A DNA stretch of 64,000 bases from an uncultured archaeon (GTDB lineage: Archaea > Thermoproteota > Bathyarchaeia > Bathyarchaeales > Bathycorpusculaceae), in NCBI GenBank assembly GCA_963782915.1, contig CAWALK010000012.1, forward strand, positions 389,169-453,168, written 5' to 3'. The translations under genes were made by a program, and so were the position numbers. Below are positions 31,223 to 43,139 of the stretch, one piece after another; positions within the stretch are counted from its first letter, which is position 1, and each line of letters starts with the position of its first letter. Below the pieces are notes generated by a model. The model saw nothing but the letters and a program-made list of their open reading frames with translations. It was not told the DNA's origin and made no database searches.

Positions 31223-33088
31223 TTGGGCAATAGCAAACTAGCCCGACAACTCGCTTTGGTTTGCGCTGCTGTTGCCAGCGTTTTAATGTTAGCTTTCTCA
31301 GCTGAAATACTCCTTTCAGACACCACCTACAACCTTATCGCTTACCAAATCACATCAATGTTCCAGTTCTCGTTTATGGTTGACAGGTTAGCCGCGTTTT
31401 TCTTGGCACTTGTCAGCGTCGTATCAGTCGCTGTCGCGGTTTATTCCGTGCAGTATGTTGAGCATGAAGCGCATGAGGGCAGAAAAAACCTCATTGTTGG
31501 GCTGATGAATTTCTTTATTTTCTCCATGCTTTTGGTTATCGCCTCGTTTAGCATGTTTTCATTCCTGTTTTTCTGGGAAACAATGGCTTTATCCTCATTT
31601 TTGCTGGTTATGACTGACTTCGAGAAGAAGGAAACCCAGAAAGCAGGCATATTCTACTTCGTCATGACACACCTTAGCACCCTGTTTCTGTTCTTCGCTT
31701 TCCTATTCATCTATCTCCAAACAGGCACCTTCGACATGGTAGCCTTACATGCCGATCCACTGATAATCTCAGTAGCGTTCGTGTTTCTCTTCTTGGGCTT
31801 TGGCATAAAAGCAGGCATAATCCCCTTCCACAAATGGCTCCCATACGCGCACCCAGCAAGCCCATCCAACATTTCAGCGCTCATGTCGGGTGTAATGATT
31901 AAAGTTGCAATTTACGGTTTAATCCGCTTCCTCTTCCTCTTACCCATGGAGACTTGGTGGGGCATATTGTTGCTTGCGTTTGGCGCCGTCTCCGCATCCA
32001 TCGGTGTAATCTATGCATTAAAAGAGCATGACCTCAAAAAGATGCTGGCTTACTCAAGCATCGAAAACATCGGCATCATCCTGCTCGGAGTGGGCTTATA
32101 CGTTACCTTCGCAACGTTGGGCTTCCAAACCATCGCGTTGCTTGCATTAATCGGTAGTCTTTTCCATTGCTTTAACCATGCCTTATTCAAGAGCCTCCTA
32201 TTCATGACTACTGGCTCCGTCGTCAACGCCACCGAAACACGGGACATCGAAGACATGGGTGGCTTAATCAAACGCATGCCCAAAACCGCCGTTCTCTTCC
32301 TCATCGGCGCAGTCTCCATCTCAGCGTTGCCACCGTTTAACGGCTTCGTCAGTGAACTCATGCTTTTCCAAGCATTCTTCCAATCAACAGCTCTCACCAA
32401 CACCTTCCTCGAACTGGTCCTAATCGCGGCGTTAGCCGTTTTTGCCCTAACAAGCGCGTTGGCGGCGGCATGTTTCGTTAAAGCGTTTGGTATAACTTTC
32501 CTTGCACTGCCACGTTCACATGAAGCAAAAGAAGCCAAAGAAGCACCCAAACTCATGCTGGTTGGACCCGCAATATTGGCGGTTCTCTGTGTTGCGTTGG
32601 GCGTTTTCTCGCTTCAAATCTTTGGCATGCTGGGCTTTACCTTGGAGATTCCTAACATGCTCTTTATTGGCGCTATAATGGCGGGCTTCTATGGGTTCGC
32701 TTTCTTGGCGATGCGTGAAGTCGCTAACCGGCGTGAAAGAGTCGCTGAGACATGGGGCTGCGGTTTCCCAGTGCAAAACGCAAAGATGGAGTATTCCGCT
32801 TCAGGCTTCTCAGAACCAATCGTAACCATACTCAAAGGTATCTTCCGCACCCAAAAGAAAAGCGAACGCACCTTCTACGACGACAAAAACGCAGTATTCA
32901 AGGAAGGCAAAGCCGAAATCCAGTTACTCAAGTTCTTCGAAGAACGCCTCTACATGCCAGTCGCCAACTGCATCCGCAAAGTCGCACAAAAAGTTAACAA
33001 TATCCAGCGGGGCGACGTTGACTTGCATGTCGCATACGCGTTTGTAACCATAGTTGTTTTCCTATTGATTATTTGGTGGTTCGCATGA
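31223..33088 (+). CDS. hyfB: Hyf/Ehr antiporter-like subunit (HyfB/NuoL-like)
   Basis: FWE.M, KAGIIPFHKWLPYAHPASPS, AYSSIENIG, NHALFK, PPFNGFVSE, TWGCG. Confidence 0.88.
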   Translation: MGNSKLARQLALVCAAVASVLMLAFSAEILLSDTTYNLIAYQITSMFQFSFMVDRLAAFFLALVSVVSVAVAVYSVQYVEHEAHEGRKNLIVGLMNFFIFSMLLVIASFSMFSFLFFWETMALSSFLLVMTDFEKKETQKAGIFYFVMTHLSTLFLFFAFLFIYLQTGTFDMVALHADPLIISVAFVFLFLGFGIKAGIIPFHKWLPYAHPASPSNISALMSGVMIKVAIYGLIRFLFLLPMETWWGILLLAFGAVSASIGVIYALKEHDLKKMLAYSSIENIGIILLGVGLYVTFATLGFQTIALLALIGSLFHCFNHALFKSLLFMTTGSVVNATETRDIEDMGGLIKRMPKTAVLFLIGAVSISALPPFNGFVSELMLFQAFFQSTALTNTFLELVLIAALAVFALTSALAAACFVKAFGITFLALPRSHEAKEAKEAPKLMLVGPAILAVLCVALGVFSLQIFGMLGFTLEIPNMLFIGAIMAGFYGFAFLAMREVANRRERVAETWGCGFPVQNAKMEYSASGFSEPIVTILKGIFRTQKKSERTFYDDKNAVFKEGKAEIQLLKFFEERLYMPVANCIRKVAQKVNNIQRGDVDLHVAYAFVTIVVFLLIIWWFA

Positions 33089-34029
33089 ACATCCTACTAC
33101 TCTTAGCATACGGCATCCTAAACACACTCTTTGTTCTGCTGATTTCGCCTCTATTCATCAGTTTAATCAAGATTGTTAAAGCTCGTGCGCAGGGACGAAA
33201 GGGTCCATCGGTTCTGCAGACTTACCGCAACCTCGCCAAATTGCTCAAAAAAGAAACCGTTTACTCCAAAAACTCATCTTGGATTATGCGTGCTACGCCC
33301 ATAATCAACATGGCTGCGTTACTTGTTGCCAGCCTCTTTGTTCCAATGCTCGTCATTCCTGAGCCAACTGATTTAATTGGAAACATTATTCTTTTCCTTT
33401 ACTTGTTGGCGCTTGCAAAATTCTTTATGGCACTTGGGGGGTTGGATGCAGGCAGCATTTTTGGCGGTATGGGTAGCAGCCGAGAAATGGCAATATCCGC
33501 ACTCATCGAACCCGTTATAATCATGGTTTTTGCTGCCTTGGCATTTGCGTTTCACACCGTTAACATTCCTGACATGTTCAGGGGTGCCTTAACATCAAAT
33601 GTCCTAATTGACCCAGTTATAATTCTAATTTCAATCTCTATTTTCATCGTTATCATCGTTGAATCAGCCCGTGTACCAGTCGATAACCCCGAAACCCATC
33701 TGGAATTAACGATGATTCATGAAGCCATGATTCTGGAGCAATCTGGCAAGAATCTTGCCATGATGGAACTCTCAAGCGCAATGAAACAGCTCCTACTCAT
33801 GGGTGTACTACTCAACATTCTCTTCCCATGGGGGTTAGCATTGGACTTCTCCGTGCCCTCGCTACTGATTTCGTTGGGTGCCTTCTTAGCAAAAGCCGTC
33901 GTATTGGCCGTTATCATCGGAGTGTTCGAGTCTTCATGCGCCAAATCCCGACTGTTCCGTCTGCCAAGCCTCTTTGCAATTGCACTGTTCCTCTCGATTA
34001 TAACTTTGATTATTGAGGTATTCGCATGA
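33085..34029 (+). CDS. hyfC: HyfC/HycD (NuoH-like) membrane subunit
   Basis: QGRKGP, GGMGSSRE, RVPVDNPETHLELTMIHEAM. Confidence 0.9.
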   Translation: MNILLLLAYGILNTLFVLLISPLFISLIKIVKARAQGRKGPSVLQTYRNLAKLLKKETVYSKNSSWIMRATPIINMAALLVASLFVPMLVIPEPTDLIGNIILFLYLLALAKFFMALGGLDAGSIFGGMGSSREMAISALIEPVIIMVFAALAFAFHTVNIPDMFRGALTSNVLIDPVIILISISIFIVIIVESARVPVDNPETHLELTMIHEAMILEQSGKNLAMMELSSAMKQLLLMGVLLNILFPWGLALDFSVPSLLISLGAFLAKAVVLAVIIGVFESSCAKSRLFRLPSLFAIALFLSIITLIIEVFA

Positions 34030-34736
34030 TAATTGCTCCAATGGAAAACATCGCGCAAATCCTGATAGTTCTCGTCTTAGTTACGGCAGCTATCATCATT
34101 ATGAAACGCGACATACGTTCACTCATTAAGACCTACGCGTTTCAGTCGCTGCTTTTGGCAATTATGGCATTGTTCTTCTTCGTTGAAACAGGAAGCACTA
34201 CCATTCTATTCTTAGCCGTCATAATTTTAGTGAGTAAAGTCTGGATTATCCCCCACTTCATGGGACAAGTGCAAAAGAAACTCAACATCAAACGAGACGT
34301 CCAATTCCACTTCCTATCCCCAATCACCGCACTAATAGCCAGCTTATTCATCATGCTATTCGTCTACCTCTCCTTTGCACCGCTCATATCCGAGTTAAAC
34401 CGCTTCGACTCAAGCCTATTCTTCTTAGGTGCAACAGTCGGTGTCTCAATAGTTTTCATGGGCATGATCGTAATCTTCACCCGCAAACAAACCCTCACCA
34501 ACATCGTCGGCTACTTAACCATGGAAAACGGTGTAGTCTTATTCAGCCTCTTCTTAACCGAGTTGCCCCTACTCATTGAGATACTAATCATCATCGACTT
34601 GATTATGCTCACTTTAATTGGGACAGTTTTAGCTTTCGGCATCGACTCTACCATCGAAGAGTTCCATTCACGCCTCAACCCGTTTGCGCAACCTAAGAAA
34701 GCAACTCAAAAAATGCCTGAGGAGGAAACCCAATGA
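34026..34736 (+). CDS. hyfE: HyfE membrane subunit
   Basis: YAFQS, K..IIP, GYLTMENG. Confidence 0.88.
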   Translation: MIIAPMENIAQILIVLVLVTAAIIIMKRDIRSLIKTYAFQSLLLAIMALFFFVETGSTTILFLAVIILVSKVWIIPHFMGQVQKKLNIKRDVQFHFLSPITALIASLFIMLFVYLSFAPLISELNRFDSSLFFLGATVGVSIVFMGMIVIFTRKQTLTNIVGYLTMENGVVLFSLFLTELPLLIEILIIIDLIMLTLIGTVLAFGIDSTIEEFHSRLNPFAQPKKATQKMPEEETQ

Positions 34737-36208
34737 TTTCGCTTACTTGGATACTTGCACTCTACATAATCATCGGCGTCGTTATAACCGTATTAACTGT
34801 ATTCTCCAAATCACACAAGACCCAAAACACCCTATCAGTGATTCTCCCCGTAACCTATCTGGCATTAACCTTGTATACTCTCTTGTCAGCTACGCTTCCC
34901 TCTTATGGATTAGGCGGCAACTACTTCCTCATCGACCACCTTAGCCTCTACGAAATCCTCATAGCCGCCACCCTATTCCTGTTAGCCGCCATCTATTCCC
35001 GTCAATACGTCAAAGACTCGATTTTCATACATGAAATGAACGAAAGCAACCTCAAACTCTTCTACGTCGCCTTCAACTTGCTCTTAATGGCAGTTGTGTA
35101 TACCTTCTTTGCAGATAACTTGGCGTTGTTCTGGATACTAGCCGAGTTAACCACTGCCTTCTCAGCAGTCCTAATAGTCATGCTTAACGCTCCAAAAAAC
35201 ATCGGCGCCGCACTCAAGTACATCTTCATAACCTCCACCTGCATGCTGTTCGCCTTCATCGGTTTAATACTGATTTTCACGCTTACCGAAGACCTGCTTG
35301 GCGTAGGCACACTAAACTGGAGTACCCTGATGTCGGTTGCAAGCAATTTATCGCCTGGAATTATGTTTGCAGCTTTCATATTCACCTTCGTCGGGTTTGC
35401 CGCTAAAAGCGGAATTGTTCCCCTACATGCTTGGTTGCCAACAGCCTACTCGAAAGCGCCCGGACCCATAAGCGCCATCCTATCTGGAACCGTAACCACC
35501 ATCGGCATCTACGGCATCCTAAGAATGTACACGATTGTCGCACAAACCGAAGTGATAGGCAAAATCTCAATCTTCCTCATCGCCATCGGTGTATTGAGCA
35601 TGGTCGTTGCAGCGTTGACGATGCTTCGCGAGCCAAACCTCAAGAAACTTATCGGTTACAGCTCAATCGAGCATATGGGTTTCATACTAGTCGGTTTAGG
35701 CATAGGCACCCCTATCGCTATTTTCTGGGTAATCTTCCATTTCCTTGCCCATGGCTTTACAAAGTCCTCGCTGTTCTTCTCGGCAGGTATAATACATCAC
35801 CAGTTTGGCAGCGTTAGATTGGAGAAAATCAAAAATGTTTTCCAACTGCAACCATTCGCCGGCTGGAGCTTAATCCTTGGGACAGTATCCATAATCGGTA
35901 TGCCCTTATCTGCGATTTTCCTTGCCAAATTTTCGATTCTGCAACAATCCGCAGCCGTCTCGCCTGTTTTGCTTATAGTGTTGCTAACGGTTTTCCTGTT
36001 TGCAGCCGCCGCGTTTGGTATATTCATGATTAAAATGTTATCCAGAAAAGAGGATTCCACTGCCGATGTACCGCCTTTCCGTGTAGGCTGGGGCATGAAG
36101 ATCCCAATCATTGTACTATTGGTCATAGTTTTCACGTTGGGGGTCTTTTTCCCACAGCAACTAACAGATTTGATTAACACTATAGTTTCAGAGTTGGGGG
36201 TTAGCTAA
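34733..36208 (+). CDS. hyfF: HyfF antiporter-like subunit
   Basis: ELTT, ALKY, KSGIVPLHAWLP, YSSIEHMG, HGFTKSSLF. Confidence 0.88.
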   Translation: MISLTWILALYIIIGVVITVLTVFSKSHKTQNTLSVILPVTYLALTLYTLLSATLPSYGLGGNYFLIDHLSLYEILIAATLFLLAAIYSRQYVKDSIFIHEMNESNLKLFYVAFNLLLMAVVYTFFADNLALFWILAELTTAFSAVLIVMLNAPKNIGAALKYIFITSTCMLFAFIGLILIFTLTEDLLGVGTLNWSTLMSVASNLSPGIMFAAFIFTFVGFAAKSGIVPLHAWLPTAYSKAPGPISAILSGTVTTIGIYGILRMYTIVAQTEVIGKISIFLIAIGVLSMVVAALTMLREPNLKKLIGYSSIEHMGFILVGLGIGTPIAIFWVIFHFLAHGFTKSSLFFSAGIIHHQFGSVRLEKIKNVFQLQPFAGWSLILGTVSIIGMPLSAIFLAKFSILQQSAAVSPVLLIVLLTVFLFAAAAFGIFMIKMLSRKEDSTADVPPFRVGWGMKIPIIVLLVIVFTLGVFFPQQLTDLINTIVSELGVS

Positions 36209-37768
36209 ATGACGATACAAGATGAAATCTCGCAGATGCTTGGGCAATTCGTTGCCGTTGAGGGCAGAAACAATGAACTCTATGTGTCTATAACTCGTGA
36301 GGACCTGCAGAGAGCGATTCCTTTCCTTTCCAGTAACAGTTTTGAATTGGTTAGCTTGTTCTGCGTTGAAAACTTCGATAATTCTGGCGGGTTTACGCTT
36401 TTTTATGTCTTTGAAAAAGCTGGGTTCCAACAACCGCTCGTTATCCAAGTGGATTTAAGCGGAATTGAAGGGGTATCCATCGCCAAAACCTATCCCTCCG
36501 CTTGTTGGTATGAACGCGAAGTCACAGATGGCTTCGGAATCCAATTCCAAGACGCTTTCGACACAAGAAGATTATTCCTCCACGAAACCTACCCCCTGGG
36601 ATTCCATCCACTGCTCAAATCCTATAAAAACAGCAAAATCACAACAGTCGAATCCAACAGCCAAAACCAATACCAATTCAAACAGATGTCAGGCGACGGC
36701 GTCTACCAAATACCCGTAGGACCAGTGCACGCCGGCATCATTGAACCGGGGCATTTCCGCTTCAGCGTAATAGGAGAAACCATATTCAACCTCGAAGTCC
36801 GCCTCTTCTATAAGCATCGTGGGCTCGAAAAACTTGCCGAAGGCAAAGCACCACAGGACTGCGTAAGACTCGCTGAAACCATCAGCGGCGATGAAACCGT
36901 CGCTAATGCAGTAGCTTATTGCACTGCAGTCGAAAAGATCTGTGATGCGTCGGTGCCTAAGCGGGCTCTGCAGTTGCGAGTGGTGCTTTTGGAGCTTGAA
37001 CGGATTTACTCTCATCTGGGTGATTTAGCTGGTATGTGCGTTGACGTGGCTTACCCAGTCGGTGCAAGCCCATTCTTTATCTTAAGGGAAGAGGTTTTCC
37101 GCCAAAATGAAGCCTTGACTGGTTCACGCTTCATGAAAGGAGCCGTAGCAGTCGGCGGATTAACCAAAGATGTTGGAGTTGAAGCACTCAAGAATCTCTC
37201 GTCCTACCTTGTTGAGTTTCAGGGCCGCTTTGAGGTGGCAACACATGTTGACAGCACCTACTTCTCAGTTATCGACAGATTCGAAACAACAGGTAAAGTT
37301 AAAGCAGAACTCCTCGAGCCATTACACATTACAGGGCCGGTTGCACGGGCAGCCGGTAAAGCAGTTGACACTCGCGTCGACCACCCGTATGGGTTATACA
37401 AGGAATTGAACCTCAAATGCAAAACGTTACCCAACGGCGACGTATATGCACGCTTTAACCTCAAAGCCCAAGAAGTCTTCGAAGCCATACGGATAATACA
37501 AACAATAATCAACCAACTCGAAGACGGCCCCATATCAGTGCCCTGCCAAATCCGAGACGGCTACGCATTATCCATGATCGAAGCTCCACGCGGCCAAAAC
37601 ATCCAATGGCTAAACATCAAAGACGGCTTAGTAGACCGCTATAAAGTACGTACAGCTTCATTCTGTAACTGGCAAGCCATGGAACACGCCGTCTTAGGCA
37701 ACATCGTACCAGATTTTCCACTCATAAACAAAAGCATGAACCTATCCTACGCCGGAACGGACCTGTGA
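36209..37768 (+). CDS. Ehr large subunit (NuoC-NuoD/HyfG-like fusion lacking Ni-binding cysteines)
   Basis: YERE..D.FG; VGPVHAGIIEPGHFRF; YKHRGLE; L1 site reads TISGDE and L2 site DFPLINKSMNLSYAGTDL, with no CxxC. Confidence 0.9.
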   Translation: MTIQDEISQMLGQFVAVEGRNNELYVSITREDLQRAIPFLSSNSFELVSLFCVENFDNSGGFTLFYVFEKAGFQQPLVIQVDLSGIEGVSIAKTYPSACWYEREVTDGFGIQFQDAFDTRRLFLHETYPLGFHPLLKSYKNSKITTVESNSQNQYQFKQMSGDGVYQIPVGPVHAGIIEPGHFRFSVIGETIFNLEVRLFYKHRGLEKLAEGKAPQDCVRLAETISGDETVANAVAYCTAVEKICDASVPKRALQLRVVLLELERIYSHLGDLAGMCVDVAYPVGASPFFILREEVFRQNEALTGSRFMKGAVAVGGLTKDVGVEALKNLSSYLVEFQGRFEVATHVDSTYFSVIDRFETTGKVKAELLEPLHITGPVARAAGKAVDTRVDHPYGLYKELNLKCKTLPNGDVYARFNLKAQEVFEAIRIIQTIINQLEDGPISVPCQIRDGYALSMIEAPRGQNIQWLNIKDGLVDRYKVRTASFCNWQAMEHAVLGNIVPDFPLINKSMNLSYAGTDL

Positions 37769-37772
37769 GACT

Positions 37773-38300
37773 ATGACAACAAAAGCACTATCAAACGTGT
37801 TTAGGAAGAAAACAACCGAGACTTTCCAGTTTAAAGACGCAGAATTCGAAGCCCTCGGAGTCCAACTTAAAGAAAAAGTTGACAAAGTATTCGGCCGAAG
37901 CTTAGCTATCCGTGAACTTGACGCAGGCAGCGACAACTCTACGGAGATAGAACTAAACAACCTCTCAACACCCTACTATGACGTTGAACGTTTCGGGATC
38001 GGTTTTGTTGCTTCGCCACGGCACGCAGATGTGTTGATAGTAACAGGTGCAATTACGCTTAACATGGAGATCGCCGCCAAAAAAACCTACGAAGCCATGC
38101 CCTATCCAAAATTTGTCGTTGCGGTCGGCGATGACGCATGTGGCTGCGGAATCCTAAACGATTCATACGCGGTATTGGGCGGCGCAGACAAAATCTTACC
38201 AGTAGACCTCAAAATCCCGGGCAATCCACCCTCTCCTAAAGAGATCATCCGCGGATTATTTGCCCTCGTAGATCAGATTGAGAAACAAAAAAGCCCCTGA
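37773..38300 (+). CDS. Ehr small subunit (NuoB/HyfI-like), canonical Fe-S cysteines substituted
   Basis: YDVERFGI.FVASPRHADVL.VTG, PKFVVAVG; GSDNST, GDDA and PGNPP in place of GSCNGC, GxCA and PGCPP. Confidence 0.88.
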   Translation: MTTKALSNVFRKKTTETFQFKDAEFEALGVQLKEKVDKVFGRSLAIRELDAGSDNSTEIELNNLSTPYYDVERFGIGFVASPRHADVLIVTGAITLNMEIAAKKTYEAMPYPKFVVAVGDDACGCGILNDSYAVLGGADKILPVDLKIPGNPPSPKEIIRGLFALVDQIEKQKSP

Positions 38301-38342
38301 TACTGCCAAAGTTTAAATTGCCGATTAAGCGTTTACTCGTTT

Positions 38343-38430
38343 GGTGAGGAGAGCCTGTGAAGCAGTTAAAGAGCCCCTCTCCCTTCTAAATTGGGGTTTC
38401 CTTAACCGTTGGAGTAGGAACAGACTCACC
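38343..38430 (+). ncRNA. Candidate small hairpin RNA
   Basis: TTTAAA box at 38312-38317; helices GGUGAG/CUCACC, CCUG/UAGG, GUUAA/UUAAC, GAGCCCC/GGGGUUU; pyrimidine tract follows. Confidence 0.4.
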
Positions 38431-38521
38431 CTTTCTTCTTATCTAAGCTGAATTGTCCGTGCAATAATTTTAAAAGCCGCCTGCATTCATAGAGCCAGCT
38501 TGATTGGCAGGTAACAGAACA

Positions 38522-41500
38522 ATGGGTAATACTAGATTTTACAAATTATTTGGGTTAATTTTAGTTGCAGTATTGATTGTAAGCAGCAACATCGCTGTCG
38601 GCATCAGCGTATCCGGGCAAGAATCGGTTCCGAGTCTTGGAACCGCTGGAGGCAGCATGAATCATAAAGGCGAATCTTTAGCTACTCAGGATGCCTTCAA
38701 CTTTACAGAGTTTGATTGGAGCCCAAGCAGTATAAGTGCCCTTGCAGAGGGCGGTTCATCAGTCGAAATAATAATCGGCACAAACAGCACCGCAAGCTCT
38801 CAGGTCTTGTCAGAAATTGTAGGCAAAGCAGGCGGCCAGATTACTGACACCATTAAGATGGATTCAGCTTCAGCCATGGTGGTCACTGTTCCAGTTGCGA
38901 TTGCTTCTGGCTTTGTAAGCCAAGTGAGATCTTCAGGCGCATCACAGTACGTTGAACCAAACGGACGGTACTATGTCGATTCCACACCAAACGATCAATA
39001 TTACAGCCTCCAGTGGGGCCTCCAAAAGATGAGTGTTGACTATGCATGGAACACAACCGCTGGTGACGATGCCTTATTGGTGGCAGTCATAGATACAGGC
39101 ATAGACTATAATCACCCAGACTTAATTGCAAATTATGTTCCCAAAGGATATGACTTTGTGAATAACGATAATGACCCAAAAGACGATGTTGGTCACGGTA
39201 CCCATTGCGCTGGAATCATCGCTGCTTCTATTAACAATTCAATAGGTGTCGCCGGTGTAGCGCAGGTAAAAATTATGGCTGAAAAAGGCCTTGGTATCAA
39301 CGGGGGCTCCTATGATGCTTTGGCAAAATGTATCATTAACGCCACTGACGCGGGTGCCGACATCTTAAGTAACAGCTGGGGTGGCTATGGCTACAGTCAA
39401 CTGGTTTCAGATGCAGTTGAATATGCCACTGCACATGGTGCTTTGGTTATAGCGGCTGCGGGGAACGAAAACACATCTCAGCCCATGTATCCCGGTGCAT
39501 ATGAAGGCGTGATTGCAGTAGCGGCAACAAACACAACCGATACACGGGCGAGTTTTAGCAATTTTGGAAGCTGGGTAGATATCTCTGCGCCAGGCGTCAA
39601 TATTTACTCTACTATGCCAACCTACAATGTTGACTTTAATAACGACCCAAGGTATCTCCCAATGAATTACTCCTACATGAGCGGCACCTCCATGGCTTGC
39701 CCCAACGCTGCAGGCGTAGCCGCATTGATATGGAGCCAATACCCAACTATGACTGCTGAATTCGTGCGCCAGCAGCTGAGAATCCACATGTGACGACTTA
39801 GGCACGCCGGGTTTTGACATCTACTTTGGACAGGGAAGAGTAAACGCGCAAAAAGCCATTGAGCAGTCGCCGCCAAACCTTGAACTCATAGCTGATAAGT
39901 GGATTCCGCCGGTATGCGGTATGCTTGAAAGACCTAACGTTTTCAACGTAACAGTACTGAATGCCGGTATTGAGGCTCAAACAAACATTGAAGTCAACTT
40001 AATAGTAAACGGCTCGGTAGTTAACTCAACATCAATTACATCTCTCAACCCCTTTTCACGCGGATCAGCGCTGCTTTCATGGACACCATCCACAACAGGA
40101 ACATACAACGTCACATACGCAATCACCCCTAAAGCTGGCGAAGCATCCATTCTAAACAACAAGTTATCGCAGAACTACACAGTTGTTGCCCCACCTGAAA
40201 CTGCAAACTGGACCCTACTCACCGCAGACCCCGACGAAGGAACCGGGTACAGCTTAAAAGCAGCCTACAGCCAAATGCAATCCAACATTGTATTCTTCAA
40301 GGTAGACTTCCATCATCCATGGATAAACGCTTTACAAGACATAAACACCGGAATTATGATTGATGCCGACAGAAACATCAGCACAGGCATGCCTCCAAAT
40401 TACTATACCGGTGAAGCTGACTGCATCGGCTCAGACTGCATGATTCTAGTTGGCAACGAAGGCACAGCCATATGGCGATGGAACCAAACCCAAAGAAGCT
40501 ACGATACCAGCCGCCCAATAGACCTACTCTACCTCGACGCCCCTGATGGTTCAAGCTCTTTTGTCGTCGGCGTCGCTCTATCTGATTTGCAATCTGACGG
40601 AGCCTTTGACTGTTCCTTCAATGACATCACCGAATTAGCTTCCTATGGTGTATGGGACTGGATGCCTAACTCAGGCTATGTTCCATTTGTGCCTCAGAAA
40701 GCCCAACATGACCTAGTAGTCACATTGGAGACGCCGAGAATATGGCAGCCGCAAGAAACCTACACTTTAACTGCAAAAGCGTTTAATTTTGGACAAACCT
40801 CTGAAACAAGCGTAAACCTGAAACTGTACATAAACAGCGTAGAAATAAACAGTGCAAGCTTTGCCAGTATAGGCAGCGAAGGCTTCAACCAGTTAACCTA
40901 TGTCTGGACTCCCACTGAAGGCTACTATAATATAACCGCTTATGCAGCATCCGTTGCAGGCGAGTCCACTGTTGCGAATAACCAGAGAAGCCGACTTGTG
41001 TCGGTTACTGAAAAAATCGCTGTGATTTCTGACAACACCGAGTTATGGCGTACACTAAACGTTCTCGACTCTATGAACATAAACTATGACTACTACAGCA
41101 GCAATGGCGCTCAACTGTACACGGCAAACCTGAATCTGCTGAAGAATTACCCAACAGTAATCTACTATAACTATGGTCGAAACATATCAACGGCCGAGAA
41201 AAATGCTCTTGACTCATATTTAACCAACGGAGGCAACCTGCTAGTAACAGGCTATGACTCACTATATTTCACTGACAGCAAACTCGCACAGGTCGTCAGA
41301 GCAACCTCATTTGGAGACGACAACAGCCAAACCGACCTCTATGTTAGAAACGCTTCTCATCCAATAATGAACGGTCCATACGGGCAATTTAACGTAGGAT
41401 ACCATATCTCTGGCCTATTCCGGGATAATGATGCCATAGAAGCTAACACAGGCCAAAAAGGACGTACAATCGCGGAGTTAGCTGACGGAAAAGACAAAAT

Positions 41501-42965
41501 CATCGCCGCCGAATCGCTTCCGGGGAAGGTTGTTTTCTGGAACGGCGACGGCACCAGCGACTGGTATTACAATGCTGACTGCACCGATATGCTCAAGAAC
41601 CTGCTAATCTGGTTCGTTGATACCACATCGCCCGCCACGACTGACGATTATGATGGGGAATGGCACACAGCCGACTTCACCATTAACCTCGCTGCTAGCG
41701 ACTACTTCGGCGTCAACCAAACATACTATAAAATCAACGGCGGCCTAACAAAAAGCGTAAGCGCAGACGGGCAACCGCAAATCACAGTGGAAAACGCAAA
41801 CAACACCCTAGAATACTGGAGCACTGACATAACCGGCAACGAAGAAACCCATCATTTTCTAACCCAAATAAAACTTGACAAAACCATTCCCACTGGTACA
41901 CTGCAAATAAACAACGGCGCAACCTACACCAACACCACAGCAGTAAGCCTTGCCCTCACGGTGTCAGACACTAACTCCATGATGCGTTTCTCAAACGACA
42001 ACACAACATGGGATAATGGCAAGCATACTCCTCTACAGCTACTTGGACATCTGCAAGGCACAGATGGAACAAAACTCGTCTTACGTGCAATTCAAGGACA
42101 ACGCTGGATTAATCTCCGCTTCCGCTTCAGCCCAAATAATACTTGACACTACAGCCCCTATTGCAGATGCAGGGCAAAGCCGAACCGTAACATTAGGCGA
42201 TAGCTGTTACTTTTGATGGAAGCGGCAGCTCAGACGTCAACGGAATAACAAGTTACAAATGGGACTTCGACGATGGCTCCACGATAGCCACAGGTGCAAC
42301 CGTAACCCATACCTACACAGCCACTGGACCATACTATGTTATTTTAAATGTTGAAGACTCTGCAGGCAACAAAGCCACAACAACCATAACCATTACAGTT
42401 CAACGCAAAACCAACTCCCACACCAACCCCAACCCAAACTCCTTCACCACAACCTCGCCTACAACCAACACCCACCAATCCACACCAACGCCACACCAAC
42501 TCCCTCCAACTCCAACACCATACCCGTAACAGTACCTAACGGCTCAACTGAGCAGTTCACTATCACCGGAAACATAACCGCCTCACCAAATAACTCAAAC
42601 GCCAAAATCCACGTAAACCAAACCGCTGAAACAACAACCATATCCTTTACCATAACAGGACAAGCAGGAACCACAGGTACAGGCAACATAACAATACCCA
42701 AAAACCAAGTTCCCGTCGGAACAGCACCGGTAATCTACATAGACAACAGAACAGTTGAAGACCAAGGCTACACCCAAGACGCAAATAACTACTATGTGTG
42801 GTATACGACGCATTTCAGTACGCATGAAGTGTCGATTGTCTTTACAGGGACAGTTGCTCCTCACCAAATGATTATTTCTGGGTATATGTGGCGGCGATTG
42901 TGATAGTGTTTGCCTGTGTAGCCGTGGCTTTTGTTGTGCTGCGGCAACGCAAAAAGGCAAACTAA
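38522..42965 (+). CDS. Large secreted subtilisin-like (S8) protease with CARDB/Ig/PKD domains and C-terminal anchor; multiple frameshifts
   Basis: Catalytic triad VIDTGID, HGTHCAG, SGTSMA; downstream ORFs 39921-42146 and PKD-like YKWDFDDG continue the same protein. Confidence 0.85.
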
Positions 42966-43139
42966 ATCTTTTCTTCTTTTTTGTTATCTACCTGCGTTTT
43001 GCTCCACAACCAGCTTGAAACTTAAACTAAAACGCAGACACCAAAAAGCATTGCACCACCAAACCCATTGGTTGTTGTTATATAGGGGCTTTTCGGCACC
43101 AACAATATGAATAAAAAACAGCTTTCAAAAAAGAAAAAG

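Noticed and set aside
36209-37768. Active [NiFe]-hydrogenase large subunit
   Set aside because: Both CxxC Ni-binding motifs are absent and no maturation genes are adjacent.
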